Notes: generated by a model not told the origin, from the sequence alone. A stretch of 64,000 bases of DNA from an uncultured candidate division Zixibacteria bacterium (GCA_963702205.1 OY969724.1:1536001-1600000); one strand, 5' to 3'; positions 46,551 to 58,400 are shown, counted from the stretch's first letter. A program made the numbers and translations.

Positions 46551-48770
46551 ATGTCAAAAACTCAAGAACAATTTATTATCGATTACATGTCATTTCGGGC
46601 CGGTCGCCCTTTGAAAATAAAGGAAATGGCCTCCGAAATGAAAATCCCGGCCCGAGAATACGGCGATTTTCGGGATACGGTAAAGGGACTGCTCGATGAA
46701 GGCAAGCTGGTCAGACTTAGACGCGGCCGCATCGGCGTGCCTTCCGAGATGAATCTGGTGGTCGGACAGATTACGATTTCCCGAGCCGGGGTAGGGTTGG
46801 TCTATACCGAAGATTCCCGGCCGGTCGAGATTCAGCCCCAGCATCTCGACACCGCACTCGAAGGCGACCGGGTCATGGTGCGCATTGATTCATCGAAAGA
46901 TAACAAAGCCTGCGGCCGGGTGATCAAAATCATCGAGCGCACCAACCAGAGTTTTGTCGGGACCTTTCAGAAGGGGCGGCATTTCAGTTGGGTGGTACCG
47001 GACAAGAAACGTCTGCACCGCAACATTTATATTCCCAACCGGCTTTCGCTGCGTGCCGGTGACGGCGAAAAAGTGGCCGTGAAAATAACCGTCTGGGAAC
47101 AGCCGCATCTTAATCCTGAGGGCGAGATTATCGAGCGGCTCGGGTTCCCCGGCGATCCGAAGACCGCCATGCTGACGGTTATGCGGACGTACAATCTTCC
47201 CGAAGCCTTCCCGCCGGATGTACTGTCCGAGGCCAAAGAAGCCGCACTTCTCGGGGGACCCAAGGAGACGCGACACCGTCGCGATTTCACCGGCTGGACC
47301 ATCTATACGATCGATCCGGTCGATGCCAAAGATTTTGACGACGCCGTCACGGTTACCAAAACGGCCGAGGGTTATCGACTGGGTGTGTTTATTGCCGACG
47401 TTTCGCACTATGTCCGGTCGGATACGGCCCTCGATAAAGAAGCCTTCGACCGGGGCAATTCGGTTTATTTGCCGGGTGACGTAATCCCGATGCTTCCGGA
47501 GAGTCTGTCCAATAATGTCTGTTCGCTCAAACCCAATACGAGACGGCTGGTCTATGGGGTCATAATTGACTTCGATGATAGCGGCAAAATGCTGAAATGG
47601 GATATAACCGATGGCGTGATAAAATCGAAAGCGCGTCTCACTTACGAGCAAGTCCAGGCCTTTTTCGATACCGGCAAAGTCACGCCGCGCCTAAAAGGCG
47701 TCGCCGAAAATCTGACCCTGGCCCGGAAACTGGCGCAGGTCCTGACCAAAAGGCGGATGAATTCGGGATCGCTCGATTTCGATTTGCCCGAAGCGCGAAT
47801 TGTCATGGATCAGGACGGCAAGGTCGTCGAAATCGGCAAACGAGTTCGATCCGAAGCCAACCGGTTAGTCGAAGAATTCATGTTGGCGGCCAATAAAGCG
47901 ATTGCGATGGATGTCTCGCGCAAGGGATTCAAGTTCCTGTACCGCGTGCACGACCGCCCCGACATGGAGAAGCTGGAGGCTTTCTCTTACATGGTTGGTC
48001 GCCTGGGCTACAAGTTCCCCGTGTCCAAAGAAATTAAACCGATTCAGTTTTCCCGGTTTTTGGAACAGGTCAAAGGACAGCCGGAAGAAGAGATGCTCAA
48101 CGAACTGATGCTTCGCTCCATGAAAAAAGCGGTTTATCAGTCGAAAAACATCGGCCACTTCGGTTTGGCGTTCAAGCACTATACTCATTTCACGTCGCCG
48201 ATTCGCCGCTATCCCGATTTGATGGTGCATCGTCTGCTGAAAATTCTCGCCAATGGACGCTATCCGGTCGAATTGGAAAACCGTCTCGATACTATTCTGG
48301 GCAACGTCGGGAGGCACTGCTCCGAGACCGAACGTCTCGCCGAAGCGGCCGAAAGGGAAGCGGTGAAAATCAAACAGGTTGAATATATGTCGGCTCATGT
48401 CGGTGAAGAGTACACCGGTGTCATATCCGGCGTATTGAGTTTCGGCTTCTTCGTGCGGCTCGATGGCGTCGGCGCCGAAGGCATGATTCGGTTGTCCACC
48501 CTCGATGATGACTATTACCAGTTCGAAGAAAAGAATTATCGTCTGGTCGGTCGCCGGACCGGGCGGATCTTCCAGCTGGGCGACGCGATCAAAGTCGGGG
48601 TGATGAAAGTGGACATTATTAAGAATGAAATCGACCTGTTTCTGGTTGAAGCGCCAAAAGCGACACCAAAACGAAAAAGCGGCAAGCCGAGAGCGCGGGA
48701 AGACAAGAATCTCAAACCCCGGGGCAAGCGCGCTCCCGATCGCAGGAATTCCCGGCGGAGACGCAAATGA
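46551..48770 (+). CDS. rnr: Ribonuclease R
   Basis: Motifs TIDPVDAKDFDDA, IADVSHYV, LVEEFML and YTHFTSPIRRYPD, then an S1 domain and basic tail; start moved to ATG 46551. Confidence 0.96.
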   Translation: MSKTQEQFIIDYMSFRAGRPLKIKEMASEMKIPAREYGDFRDTVKGLLDEGKLVRLRRGRIGVPSEMNLVVGQITISRAGVGLVYTEDSRPVEIQPQHLDTALEGDRVMVRIDSSKDNKACGRVIKIIERTNQSFVGTFQKGRHFSWVVPDKKRLHRNIYIPNRLSLRAGDGEKVAVKITVWEQPHLNPEGEIIERLGFPGDPKTAMLTVMRTYNLPEAFPPDVLSEAKEAALLGGPKETRHRRDFTGWTIYTIDPVDAKDFDDAVTVTKTAEGYRLGVFIADVSHYVRSDTALDKEAFDRGNSVYLPGDVIPMLPESLSNNVCSLKPNTRRLVYGVIIDFDDSGKMLKWDITDGVIKSKARLTYEQVQAFFDTGKVTPRLKGVAENLTLARKLAQVLTKRRMNSGSLDFDLPEARIVMDQDGKVVEIGKRVRSEANRLVEEFMLAANKAIAMDVSRKGFKFLYRVHDRPDMEKLEAFSYMVGRLGYKFPVSKEIKPIQFSRFLEQVKGQPEEEMLNELMLRSMKKAVYQSKNIGHFGLAFKHYTHFTSPIRRYPDLMVHRLLKILANGRYPVELENRLDTILGNVGRHCSETERLAEAAEREAVKIKQVEYMSAHVGEEYTGVISGVLSFGFFVRLDGVGAEGMIRLSTLDDDYYQFEEKNYRLVGRRTGRIFQLGDAIKVGVMKVDIIKNEIDLFLVEAPKATPKRKSGKPRAREDKNLKPRGKRAPDRRNSRRRRK

Positions 48771-50200
48771 AGCAAAATGTTCTGATTGTCATCAAGCCTG
48801 ACCGCGCCGAAAACAAGCATTTGAAGAACGTTCTCGGTTCATTGGGAGAGACGGTCGGTGAGATTTCGCTGGTCAATACCATTCTTAAAGAGCGACAAAT
48901 AGACCTGATTCTTTTTGACTCCGCATTTCCCGGTCTGAGCCGGGCGGTGATAAACCGCATACGGGTTCGTTCACTGTTGACTGATATCTGGATATTGTCC
49001 GAAGCGGCTGAAAGTCAAACTGATGACGTCACGGACTATTTCGATGGTTCGATCGACCTGCGCAGCGCGGCATCGGCGTTGACCGAAAAAGTCGCCGATA
49101 TACTCCGCCAGAAAGCGCTGCTTTATAAGTATGGTCTCGTGGGGCGTTCGGACAAAATGAAACTGGTGGCCGAAACCGTCGACAGAATCGCACCGACCGA
49201 TATTTCGGTATTGATCGTCGGTCCGTCGGGCAGCGGCAAAGAACTGGTGTCGCGGGCAATACACAATCATTCGCGACGGGCCGATCACAATTTCGTGGCG
49301 GTCAATTGCGGAGCCATCGCCGAAGGGATCCTGGAATCGGAACTATTCGGCCACGAGAAAGGCGCGTTCACCGGTTCGGTCGGTAAACGCGACGGACTTT
49401 TCGTGCGGGCCGACGGCGGGACCATGCTGCTCGATGAAATCGGCGAAACGCACCCGGATATGCAGGTCAAACTTCTGCGGGTGCTTGAAGACGGGATGTT
49501 TTATCCGGTTGGGGCCGATCGACCGGCACATTCTGATGTCAGAATTATCGCCGCGACCAATCGCGACCTGACGACGGCTATCGCGGACGGGCAGTTCCGG
49601 GAGGATTTGTACTTCCGGCTGAGCGTTATTAAAATCATTTTGCCACCGCTGTACGATCGTCGGGAGGACGTCCTGCCATTGTTGTACCATTTTGCGCAGA
49701 AGGAAAATCTTAAGGGATTCAGCGATTCGGCTCTGGACCTGCTTCGCCGCTACGACTGGCCGGGCAACGTCCGGCAACTGCGCAATTTCGTGATGCGCAT
49801 GGCCGCCCTGCACCGTGACAGGCAGGTCGAAAAAGCCGAAGTTGAACGATTTATCGACGAACAGCATATGGGGCAGACCAATCTGCCGATAGCGACCGGA
49901 CGTACCCCGGAAGAAGCTGGGCATGAGCTGATATACCGGGCGCTGCTGTCGCTGGGCAATGAAATAAGAATGCTGCGGGACCTGATTACTTCCAACCTGC
50001 CTTCCAAGACGGATTTTGAATCTCACGAGCCATACGCCGACGATGCTTCTACACAAACGCAGTCGATGCAGGACATGGAAAGAGAACTGATCGCGGCAAC
50101 ACTGTCGGACACCGACGGCAACCGCCGCGAAACGGCCCGCAAGCTCGGCATTGGCGAGAGAACCCTGTACAGGAAATTGAAAAAATACGGTCTGAATTGA
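48767..50200 (+). CDS. Sigma54-dependent enhancer-binding protein (AAA+, Fis HTH) with degenerate receiver-like N-terminus
   Basis: Motifs GPSGSGKE, ESELFGHEKGAFTGS, LDEIGE, WPGNVRQL and LGIGERTLYRKL. Confidence 0.93.
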   Translation: MKQNVLIVIKPDRAENKHLKNVLGSLGETVGEISLVNTILKERQIDLILFDSAFPGLSRAVINRIRVRSLLTDIWILSEAAESQTDDVTDYFDGSIDLRSAASALTEKVADILRQKALLYKYGLVGRSDKMKLVAETVDRIAPTDISVLIVGPSGSGKELVSRAIHNHSRRADHNFVAVNCGAIAEGILESELFGHEKGAFTGSVGKRDGLFVRADGGTMLLDEIGETHPDMQVKLLRVLEDGMFYPVGADRPAHSDVRIIAATNRDLTTAIADGQFREDLYFRLSVIKIILPPLYDRREDVLPLLYHFAQKENLKGFSDSALDLLRRYDWPGNVRQLRNFVMRMAALHRDRQVEKAEVERFIDEQHMGQTNLPIATGRTPEEAGHELIYRALLSLGNEIRMLRDLITSNLPSKTDFESHEPYADDASTQTQSMQDMERELIAATLSDTDGNRRETARKLGIGERTLYRKLKKYGLN

Positions 50201-51822
50201 TTCGCGCTGTATCAATCATAACGGTCGCCATATTTATTTTGTGTGCGGTCGCGTATGCCGACGATCTTAATCCCGAAGTTTACCCGTCGGAAGACGAACT
50301 GTACGAAGCGTATCTTCGGGGCGATCTCGATTTTGAAACCTATCGTAATCTGGTTGACCTGATCGAAACCGGGTTGGACAGCACCAACCTTTATCTGCTC
50401 GATGAGCTGCCCGGTGTCAGTCCGGTTCCGGCCCTCGATTCGACCGGTGAGGGTGCGGAACGGGAAGCCGCGTTTCGTCAGCCGAACATCCGGGAGCGAT
50501 CCGGGCAGTGGCACGGTTATCTGAAAGCACGAGCGTCCCGGGTGCTGGAAGATACCGAGGAGTACAAGTCGTATTATTTCCTGAATTCCGATATCGGCAC
50601 GAACTGGAACATCAAAGCGAAACTCAATCGTGGCGAAAGCGGAATATATGAGTGGACACAGCGGTCGGCGGAGTATAATTCCCGCCGAGGGCCATTGAAA
50701 AAGTTTCATCTGGGCAGTTTCAACGCCCGTTTCGGATCAGGATTGAATCTGGGTTTCAGGGGACGGTTGCTGACCAAAGGCGACGAAGAATCCGACGAGA
50801 GTATAATATTTCCTGATTTCAGCGGCTATAACGGCCTCTATCTGGAAGGCTCATCGGGGCGAAATCCGGCCCGCTGGCTTTTGCACCTGGACCAGAACGA
50901 CACACATAAATTCCGCATGAGCGCGATATCGCTTTCGGCCCGGCACGATAGAATATCGGGCGAACTGATCGGTTTGGGAGCGATTCTTGAAAATCGCCAA
51001 ACCGGCAAAGAATATAAATACGTTCAGGCCGGTACCTATGTAACATATGACGCTTATGATTACCGGGCATCCGGGGAAATCGCGGTCCAGCAGTACACTC
51101 AAGATTTTATAGGTGCGGCTCTCATTGAAGGCTCTTATGACGTCGAGCCGATCGAGCTTCAATTGTCGCTCTGGCATTATGCCGATGATTTTATCAATTT
51201 TACCGGCGGAGGCCGGTCTGGCCAGTTGTATCAGACGGTTGTCATCGACAGTCTCGATTTCAGCCTGTCCGATCGGCGAACCGGTCAGGACGGTTTTCGG
51301 CTTAAAAGCGAGACGGGTCTGTCGGACAGAATAAAATCTACTGTCGCCGTATCAAGTTACGGTTTTGACGATTATCATAAGAAGACCGAGTTCTATGCTT
51401 CCGTAGCCGGACTCGTTCAAAATAATTCCTTTCTGACTCTTGATTATCGATACAAACGGAGTTATGATATCGGCGATATTTCTTCCGGAAATGAAACCCG
51501 GCTGGAGTACAAATTGAGACAAAACGGGGTATATCTAAGAACGTATATTGGCTATCAAAACGATGATATCCATGATTACGCCATGATGTTCGTCCGGGCA
51601 TCGGGCGAAGTGCCGTCGGTGGGCATGTTGGAATTATGGTGCAATCTCGACAAGATAAACCTCGAATCGCATCAACTGGATTATATGTACCTCTATGTGC
51701 AGGAAAAAATACCGGTCAGGCAATTCCTGCACATTATCGCCAAGTATTCTTACCGTTACAGTCGGTCGTACACGGACCGACAGCAATCGACATTTTATAT
51801 CGAGGGGCGGGCGATATGGTAG
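50197..51822 (+). CDS. Probable outer-membrane beta-barrel with N-terminal HhH-like helical region
   Basis: Signal peptide, 'LLDELPGV' HhH-like motif, alternating aromatic beta-strands, terminal Trp. Confidence 0.6.
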   Translation: MIRAVSIITVAIFILCAVAYADDLNPEVYPSEDELYEAYLRGDLDFETYRNLVDLIETGLDSTNLYLLDELPGVSPVPALDSTGEGAEREAAFRQPNIRERSGQWHGYLKARASRVLEDTEEYKSYYFLNSDIGTNWNIKAKLNRGESGIYEWTQRSAEYNSRRGPLKKFHLGSFNARFGSGLNLGFRGRLLTKGDEESDESIIFPDFSGYNGLYLEGSSGRNPARWLLHLDQNDTHKFRMSAISLSARHDRISGELIGLGAILENRQTGKEYKYVQAGTYVTYDAYDYRASGEIAVQQYTQDFIGAALIEGSYDVEPIELQLSLWHYADDFINFTGGGRSGQLYQTVVIDSLDFSLSDRRTGQDGFRLKSETGLSDRIKSTVAVSSYGFDDYHKKTEFYASVAGLVQNNSFLTLDYRYKRSYDIGDISSGNETRLEYKLRQNGVYLRTYIGYQNDDIHDYAMMFVRASGEVPSVGMLELWCNLDKINLESHQLDYMYLYVQEKIPVRQFLHIIAKYSYRYSRSYTDRQQSTFYIEGRAIW

Positions 51823-53459
51823 TCAGGATTTTATTTCTGTCTTTCGCGTTATTATGCCTGTTCTGCCTGAATGGTCGGGCCGATTTGGTGATCAATGAAG
51901 TCATGGCCAATGAACCCGGAGATCAAAATACGCTGCAGTGGGTGGAAATTTACAATAACGGGACAAGTTTATACAATCCTGGTTTCTTTCAATTGGGTCT
52001 GGGCGGACCGACGCTGGCGAGCCTGGGTTTGTACGGGGATATTCAAGGTTATGCATATCTCGTTGTCGTTAAGCAAGCGACGACAGTGGGAGAAAATATA
52101 GGATTTGAAACCATCTGGGGCAATAATAACGGCAGCTGGGTTTATGGTGAACCGGGTGAGGATTATATCATAATTGAATATCCTGATCTGGATTTAAACG
52201 ATAACGGAGGTTCATTCGCGCTATACAGGGGTACGGATCTGGTATCCACTTTTGCCTGGCCGGACGCGGGGTTGGACGGTGTTTCGTGGGAAAGATATTC
52301 GCCCACGTCCCCCCTAGTCGGCAATGCGACCAATGACGAGGGTGGTACGCCGGGCCACAAAAATTCCATAAGCGTACGGCAGTTCGATTTGTCGCTGGAT
52401 AAAGTCAAAATAAGACCCGCCGCGTACGGTTTGACCAGCATGGAAATACAACTGGCCAACCACGGCCTGCAGCCGTACGATGAAGGCACGATCGCTTTAA
52501 GCTACGATCCAAATGGTGATGGGATCGTGCTACCGTCGGATTTGATCGCCTACATTCCTTTCCCCGGTCTGGCCGCCGACGAGACGGTGTTCCTGTTATC
52601 AGCCGTCGAACTGGACGGAGTATATGATATCGTCAATCTGCGCTTGCCCGATGACGACTGGCAGGAGAACAACAGCGTTACCGACGTCGCGCCGGGGAGC
52701 AGCTTTCCTCCGCTCGTGCTGAATGAAGTAATGGCCGATCCGAAAGCACCTCTGGCAACCGAATGGGTGGAGATTAAAAATCGGTCGAACCTGGCCATTG
52801 ATCTTGACGGGTGGTCGCTGGGCAATGCCGATATTCTGTACCCCATAACGAGTTCAGAGTTGATCCTTGATCCGGCCCAAATCATGATCTTGTGCAAAGA
52901 CAGTATCGCCTTTGTCGATTTTTACGGGCAGGGCGGATACCCGATCCGGCAGCCGGACGGCTGGCCGACTTTTCGCAATACCGGTGATCTCGTGCAGATT
53001 CAGGATAATTTCGAATTCACGGCTGACACCTTTCATTATGACGACGGATTCGGGGACAATTATACCTGGGGCAGATACAACGCGTCCGTCACGGACGTAA
53101 TCTGGGGACAAAGCCGGGATGCGGGGGGGACACCCGGGGCGAATAACAGCATCTTTCAGCCGCCGTCATCGACTCAAATCGAGGTTACCGTCGATCCCAA
53201 CCCGTTTTCTTTTTCGCGAAATGGTATCATGCATATCGATATCTCCGTGCCGGAAGGGGAAGCGATGACGGTCAAAGTGTATGATCGCGACGGGCGTGAA
53301 ATGCGGACGCTGATCGACAGCGAAGAGCCATACGATGAAGCCCTCGAATGGGACGGCACTACCGACGGTGGTCGGTCGCTGCCGCCGGGCATATATATAT
53401 TGTATGTCGAAGTCTCCGGCAGCGGAACCTATAAGCAGACTATTGTACTATCGCCATGA
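51816..53459 (+). CDS. Secreted lamin-tail-domain protein with T9SS-type C-terminal domain
   Basis: Start moved to ATG 51816 (MVVRILFL, signal peptide). Two LTD repeats (LVINEVMA..WVEIYN..GTPG; LVLNEVMA..EWVEIKN..GTPG) and C-terminal PNPFS..VYDRDG..WDG..GIYI. Confidence 0.82.
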   Translation: MVVRILFLSFALLCLFCLNGRADLVINEVMANEPGDQNTLQWVEIYNNGTSLYNPGFFQLGLGGPTLASLGLYGDIQGYAYLVVVKQATTVGENIGFETIWGNNNGSWVYGEPGEDYIIIEYPDLDLNDNGGSFALYRGTDLVSTFAWPDAGLDGVSWERYSPTSPLVGNATNDEGGTPGHKNSISVRQFDLSLDKVKIRPAAYGLTSMEIQLANHGLQPYDEGTIALSYDPNGDGIVLPSDLIAYIPFPGLAADETVFLLSAVELDGVYDIVNLRLPDDDWQENNSVTDVAPGSSFPPLVLNEVMADPKAPLATEWVEIKNRSNLAIDLDGWSLGNADILYPITSSELILDPAQIMILCKDSIAFVDFYGQGGYPIRQPDGWPTFRNTGDLVQIQDNFEFTADTFHYDDGFGDNYTWGRYNASVTDVIWGQSRDAGGTPGANNSIFQPPSSTQIEVTVDPNPFSFSRNGIMHIDISVPEGEAMTVKVYDRDGREMRTLIDSEEPYDEALEWDGTTDGGRSLPPGIYILYVEVSGSGTYKQTIVLSP

Positions 53460-54259
53460 GATATATTATTTTTCTCATATTGGTTTTGATGGCGACGGCG
53501 GCGTCGGCCCACGACGTCGACGGCGGTCGGCGGATTGGTATGTCGCGGGCGGTGCTTCTGTCGGAACCGTCGGCGGTCGATTTCGTATTTTGTCCGACGG
53601 CCAATTTGTCGCCGGGTCGAATTACGATCGAGTCGGGCTATTTGCGCCGCTATGATCTGTCCGAGCTGGATCAATACTATGTGACCGCGGCAGCGGGGTA
53701 CCATCATTTTATGTTCAGCATCGGGGCGTCGCAGTTCGGCAAGACCGATTATTATTCCGAAAAAATCTTGCGCTCGACGGTATCGTATCGAATCGACTCC
53801 CTGGCGATTGGCGTTATTGTCAGCGGTAAGATGGTGGAATTCGGAAATGTGGAAAACTCATTCAGCTCGGTCGGACTTGGGCTGTCCGCCGGATTTAACT
53901 GGAATAAATATCATATTGCCGCCGTCGCAGACAATATAAACAAGCCTAAGCTGACTTCCGAATCGGAGCCGGACTATCGCAATGTAAACTTGTATGCCGA
54001 AATAGAGGGATCGCGCTTCTATTCGATTGTCGGGAGGTTGAACTGGCAGGACTATGCCAAAGTGCAGGCAACTTTGGGGCAGATATTCCACCTGACCGGA
54101 AATCACGCCCTGATGTGGGGCATCAGTTCCAATCCTCTGACATACAGCGGTGGCCTTGAATTGAACTTTAATCGTTATTATATTGGTTACGCCATAGCGA
54201 ACCATCCGACGCTGGGCCTGAGCCACAGCATTGTAATTGGGGTCAAAAACCTGAAATGA
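53456..54259 (+). CDS. Small outer-membrane beta-barrel (PorV/PorQ/PorP-like candidate)
   Basis: Signal peptide, 'GGRRIGM..A', amphipathic strands, C-terminal HPTLGLSH. Confidence 0.6.
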   Translation: MRYIIFLILVLMATAASAHDVDGGRRIGMSRAVLLSEPSAVDFVFCPTANLSPGRITIESGYLRRYDLSELDQYYVTAAAGYHHFMFSIGASQFGKTDYYSEKILRSTVSYRIDSLAIGVIVSGKMVEFGNVENSFSSVGLGLSAGFNWNKYHIAAVADNINKPKLTSESEPDYRNVNLYAEIEGSRFYSIVGRLNWQDYAKVQATLGQIFHLTGNHALMWGISSNPLTYSGGLELNFNRYYIGYAIANHPTLGLSHSIVIGVKNLK

Positions 54260-55411
54260 GCGAAGACAATCAAAACCTCCTGCCGCGCGAACGAGTCGAG
54301 CAGTACCGAAGAAAAAATCCTGGCACCGTACGCGGCGAAATCGTCGAGCTCGCGCGGACGCAAATTCCCTCAAAAGGAGCACCCGGTCCGGACCGCTTTC
54401 CAGCGCGACCGGGACAGGATAATTCATTCGGCCGCGTTCCGCCGTCTTGAATACAAGACGCAGGTTTTTGTCAACCACGAGGGCGATCATTACCGCACGC
54501 GTCTAACGCACACGATCGAGGTGGCGCAGATCAGCCGGTCGGTGGCGCGGGCGCTGGGACTCAATGAAGACCTCGCCGAAGCGATTGCGCTGGTTCACGA
54601 TCTGGGCCACACGCCGTTCGGTCATTCCGGAGAGGACGTGCTCAACGAGCTTATGATCGACTTCGGCGGGTTCAGCCACAACCAGCAGACGCTTAAGGTA
54701 GTCGATTATCTCGAACGCCGCTACCCCTATCATCCCGGACTGAATCTCACTTATGAAGTGCGTGAGGGGATAGTCAAGCATGAAACCTCCCACGAACCGA
54801 TCAGTCCCAACGAATTTCCTCCCGACGAACAGGGGACGCTGGAATCATCGCTGGTGGATATCGCCGACGGCATAGCGTACAGCAGTCACGATATCGACGA
54901 CGGTCTTTCATCGGAGATTCTTAACTGGGACGATTTGAGCCGGGTCCGGCTGTGGGCCGATTCGCTGGCGGGATCGGAAGAAAGATATCCGGGGCTCGAT
55001 GCCGAGCTGCGGCGGCACGACGTCGTCCGCAGGGTGGTTAACGCTCTTGCCACCGACCTGGTGGACAATACGTCCGAGAATATTCGGACGTCCAAAGTGA
55101 AGAATCTGACCGACGTGCGCACGCATTCGGTTAAACTGGCTGGATTCTCGCCGGAGATGAAAGAGAAAGCGTGGCAGTTAAAGCAATTTTTGAACGAGAA
55201 ATTGTACCGTCACGAACATATGGTCCACATGGCCAATCAGGCAAGAGAGATCATTACGGCACTGTTCAATTATTATCAGACCGATCCGGACCAACTGCAC
55301 GCCAAATACCGGCTTCGTCTCGGCACCGAACCGACCGAAATAATAATTGCCGATTTTATCGCCGGTATGACCGATCGCTACGCCTACAAAATCTACGACG
55401 CAATCAAGTAG
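54256..55411 (+). pseudogene. dgt: dGTP triphosphohydrolase (HD family), split by a +1 frameshift near 54307
   Basis: ATG 54256 gives MSED..RVEQY. The +1 frame continues EEKILAPYA..RTAFQRDRDRIIHSAAFRRLEYKTQVF, RTRLTH, HDLGHTPFGH, IAYSSHDIDD and DFIAGMTD. Confidence 0.88.
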
Positions 55412-55414
55412 CGT

Positions 55415-58400
55415 CTATTTCAAAAGTATCATCTTCCGCGTCAGGACGGCTTTGTCCGTTTTCAAGCGATACAAGTAAATCCCCGACGCCACCGTCTCGC
55501 CTTGATCGTTCATGCTGTCCCATCCGGCGACATACCGCCCCACTGGTTTATCTTCATCGACCAGCGTGCGTACTTTCTGTCCCAGAATATTGAACACGTC
55601 GAGCGTGATGTGGGCTCTTTCCGGAACGACATAGGATATATTGGTCGCCAGATTGAACGGATTGGGATAGTTCTGTCCGAGCACGAATTGATTCGGGACG
55701 GACGGCCCGTTATCATCGTCGCCCACGGCGGTCGGCACGTCGTCCATAATGGTGTTTATCAGGCTTTGCGCGTCATCGGTGTCCATCTGCCACAGGTGAA
55801 ATCCGAACAGGTACGTCGTGAAACCGTCACCGACCGTTTTAACCCCAACCGGTTGATTGTCGAATAACGACCACTGGGGATAAAGCGATCCGTAGTTGTA
55901 CAGCGTCTGGCCCCTGTCGTTGACTTTGTACGTTACAATGCCCGGAGCTGATTTGTACGGCCAAAAAATGGAAACAAATCCGGGAATATCATATTGTTTC
56001 TTAACGGTATCTACATTAACCACGGGAAATGATGGGACTTCCGGAACGGCTTCGATAAAGCCGGATAGTGAGTCTGCGGGCCAGATGGGGTCGGGGTAAG
56101 TTATGTCGAGGTAATATGACGGCCATATGTAGTACAAAGTATCGATAGCGAAATACTTTCCGGTAAATGATGAAGTAACCGGTATGGGAAATGGTCTGTC
56201 TGCCGCGTATGTGAGGCTGCTAAGGTGATGCTGATCGCCGCAATATATTACGGTACCTCCGGATTCCAGATATCGGGACAGCCATCCATAATCGTCTTCG
56301 TATGCCATCAAGGGTTCCGTAAGGCCATTATCTACGATCAGAGCCTTAAACGGCAGGAACTGCCTCCAGTCGAAACATAAGTTCCGGTCGGGATTGCTGC
56401 AGTCGGGAGAATATATGTACTCTTCAGGCTTAATGATTTCATAATCGTAGCCCGATAGCAGACTCTCGTACATATTAAGCAGGGAATCGTTATTGACAAA
56501 CCCGTGTGAATTTGATGCCGCATAAACGAGCGCGACGTCCCGCGTTTTGGCGGGCTTGTTATAGGCATAAGCCGCTTCGCTGAATTCGGACTCCAACCCG
56601 TTGGAATCGACGGCCGAAACATAATAGCGGTATTGTTCGTCAATCGGATCAATGTCGATCTCGGTCGCGGCCGCATCGGTCACCGCCCACGGCCGTTCGG
56701 CGTAGTAATAGTACAGCTTGTCACCGATCCGGAAGCTGTCGGCCAGATTGTAATAGCCTTCCAATTTGCGCTGGTCATATAGGGCGTGATTAATAATCGT
56801 AGCATGGTTCGTCGAGTCTATTCTGTAGACGTTATAATGATCGATGTCGACCCCGTCGGGAGCGGTCCACCTGACGGTAGCCGGTTGACCGGGTGCGGCG
56901 AAGATATACTGCGACTCGATTTGCGGCGCCGGATAGCGGTCGCCGGAGCGAACCACCAGTGTTTGTCCCGGATCACCGATCGCTTTTCCTCCATTGTTTA
57001 TGACGTTTACAAAATAGTACCGATTGGGGTCGAGGTCGGTCAATAAGTGCGTATATGTTCGGTCGACATGAGTTAAGAGATTGTATTCGGTCGGTTCCAG
57101 CCAGGGGGGAAGAGCGTCGGGGTACGGAAACATATCGAACGGAACGGGCGAGGCATAAATATCATAGCCGGTGACGTCCGAAAATACCCACGGGTCCCAT
57201 TCGATTCGGACCGAATCGTCGCCGTGCGATTCCTCGCGCAGGCCGAGCACCGGGAACTGCGGTCGAATCAAAGAATCGGCCAGCAAATCGGCGTTCTGGG
57301 CGCTTTGCGTCAAACCGGCAAAATCGAGATTGGTAAGATACGCCGCTGGATTGTCGTAGTTATTTATATAGTTATAAGGGTCAGTATGGAACTGCTGAGC
57401 CGTAAGTGTCGAGAATAGAACGCGCGCGCTGGAATCCGGCATTAAGTCAATCGGACCGACCGAGAGTAAAAAGCGTGAATCCAAATCTATATGATAGTCA
57501 CCCGGGTTGGTCGGCATGGTATTAAGCCACACGGGATCGCTTTCTTCGATATATGGCGCATAAACCAAATCGTAATCCCATTCTTTATGGCTCAATAAAT
57601 AGTATTTGTTTTCATCGCCGACAGGCGTGCCGGTTCCACCCGTGCCAAAATCACGGAACGGGTCCTGCTCGGTCCCTTTCATGCGAGCTCCAAAGTCGTA
57701 TGTGGGAGTATAGTTGGAAACCCACCAGTTGAAGTTGGTGTCGACGGCGTTGAACGACGTCCCAATCAGTTTGAGCCCGATGACGCGGGTCGCACTGTAG
57801 CCGTCGACATATTCATGACTTACCGGGTCGGGGTCACCGTCGTTGTCGTAGGCGTACCCCAGCGCTTGATCGCGGATAGATCCAACAAAATCATCCTGCG
57901 ACGCTTGTGCTCCAAGTGCGGGGCTGCCGACGTCGGCATCGATAAAAATGCCGATATAGGCTTTTTCAATCGTATTGCCGCTGGTATTGGTTACAACGAG
58001 ATCATAAAGAATTGTCTTGTTGAACTCGTCGGAATTTATATTGTGGCTGCGAAGGGCCAGCCGCAAACCCATAGGATTGTTCGGTTGACCAACCGGCACG
58101 TATTGGTCGGGTATCGAATCATAGAATAAAGAGTGAAAAGAATTGTCGGCGGGATAAAATTCGCGCGTTACCGACGGTTCAGGGCCATTCGGGCCGCCGT
58201 GGGGAAACATCTCGTTCAAATATTCCCAGCCATCTCCGGCGGTTGATACCAATGTATCACCGTTAATGATGCCGCCTACCCAGATAAGGCCGCCGAACAG
58301 ATATTCGATATCTTGTACGGGTGGCGTAATAAAATTTGGGTAATCAGGCTTGTACCCGATAAGCGGTCCATAGACTTGCCTTGGCCAGAAACCGACCCCA

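Noticed and set aside
54257..54259. TGA readthrough or selenocysteine fusing the barrel gene to dgt
   Set aside because: The ATGA overlap is ordinary translational coupling, and an OM barrel-dNTPase fusion is topologically implausible.
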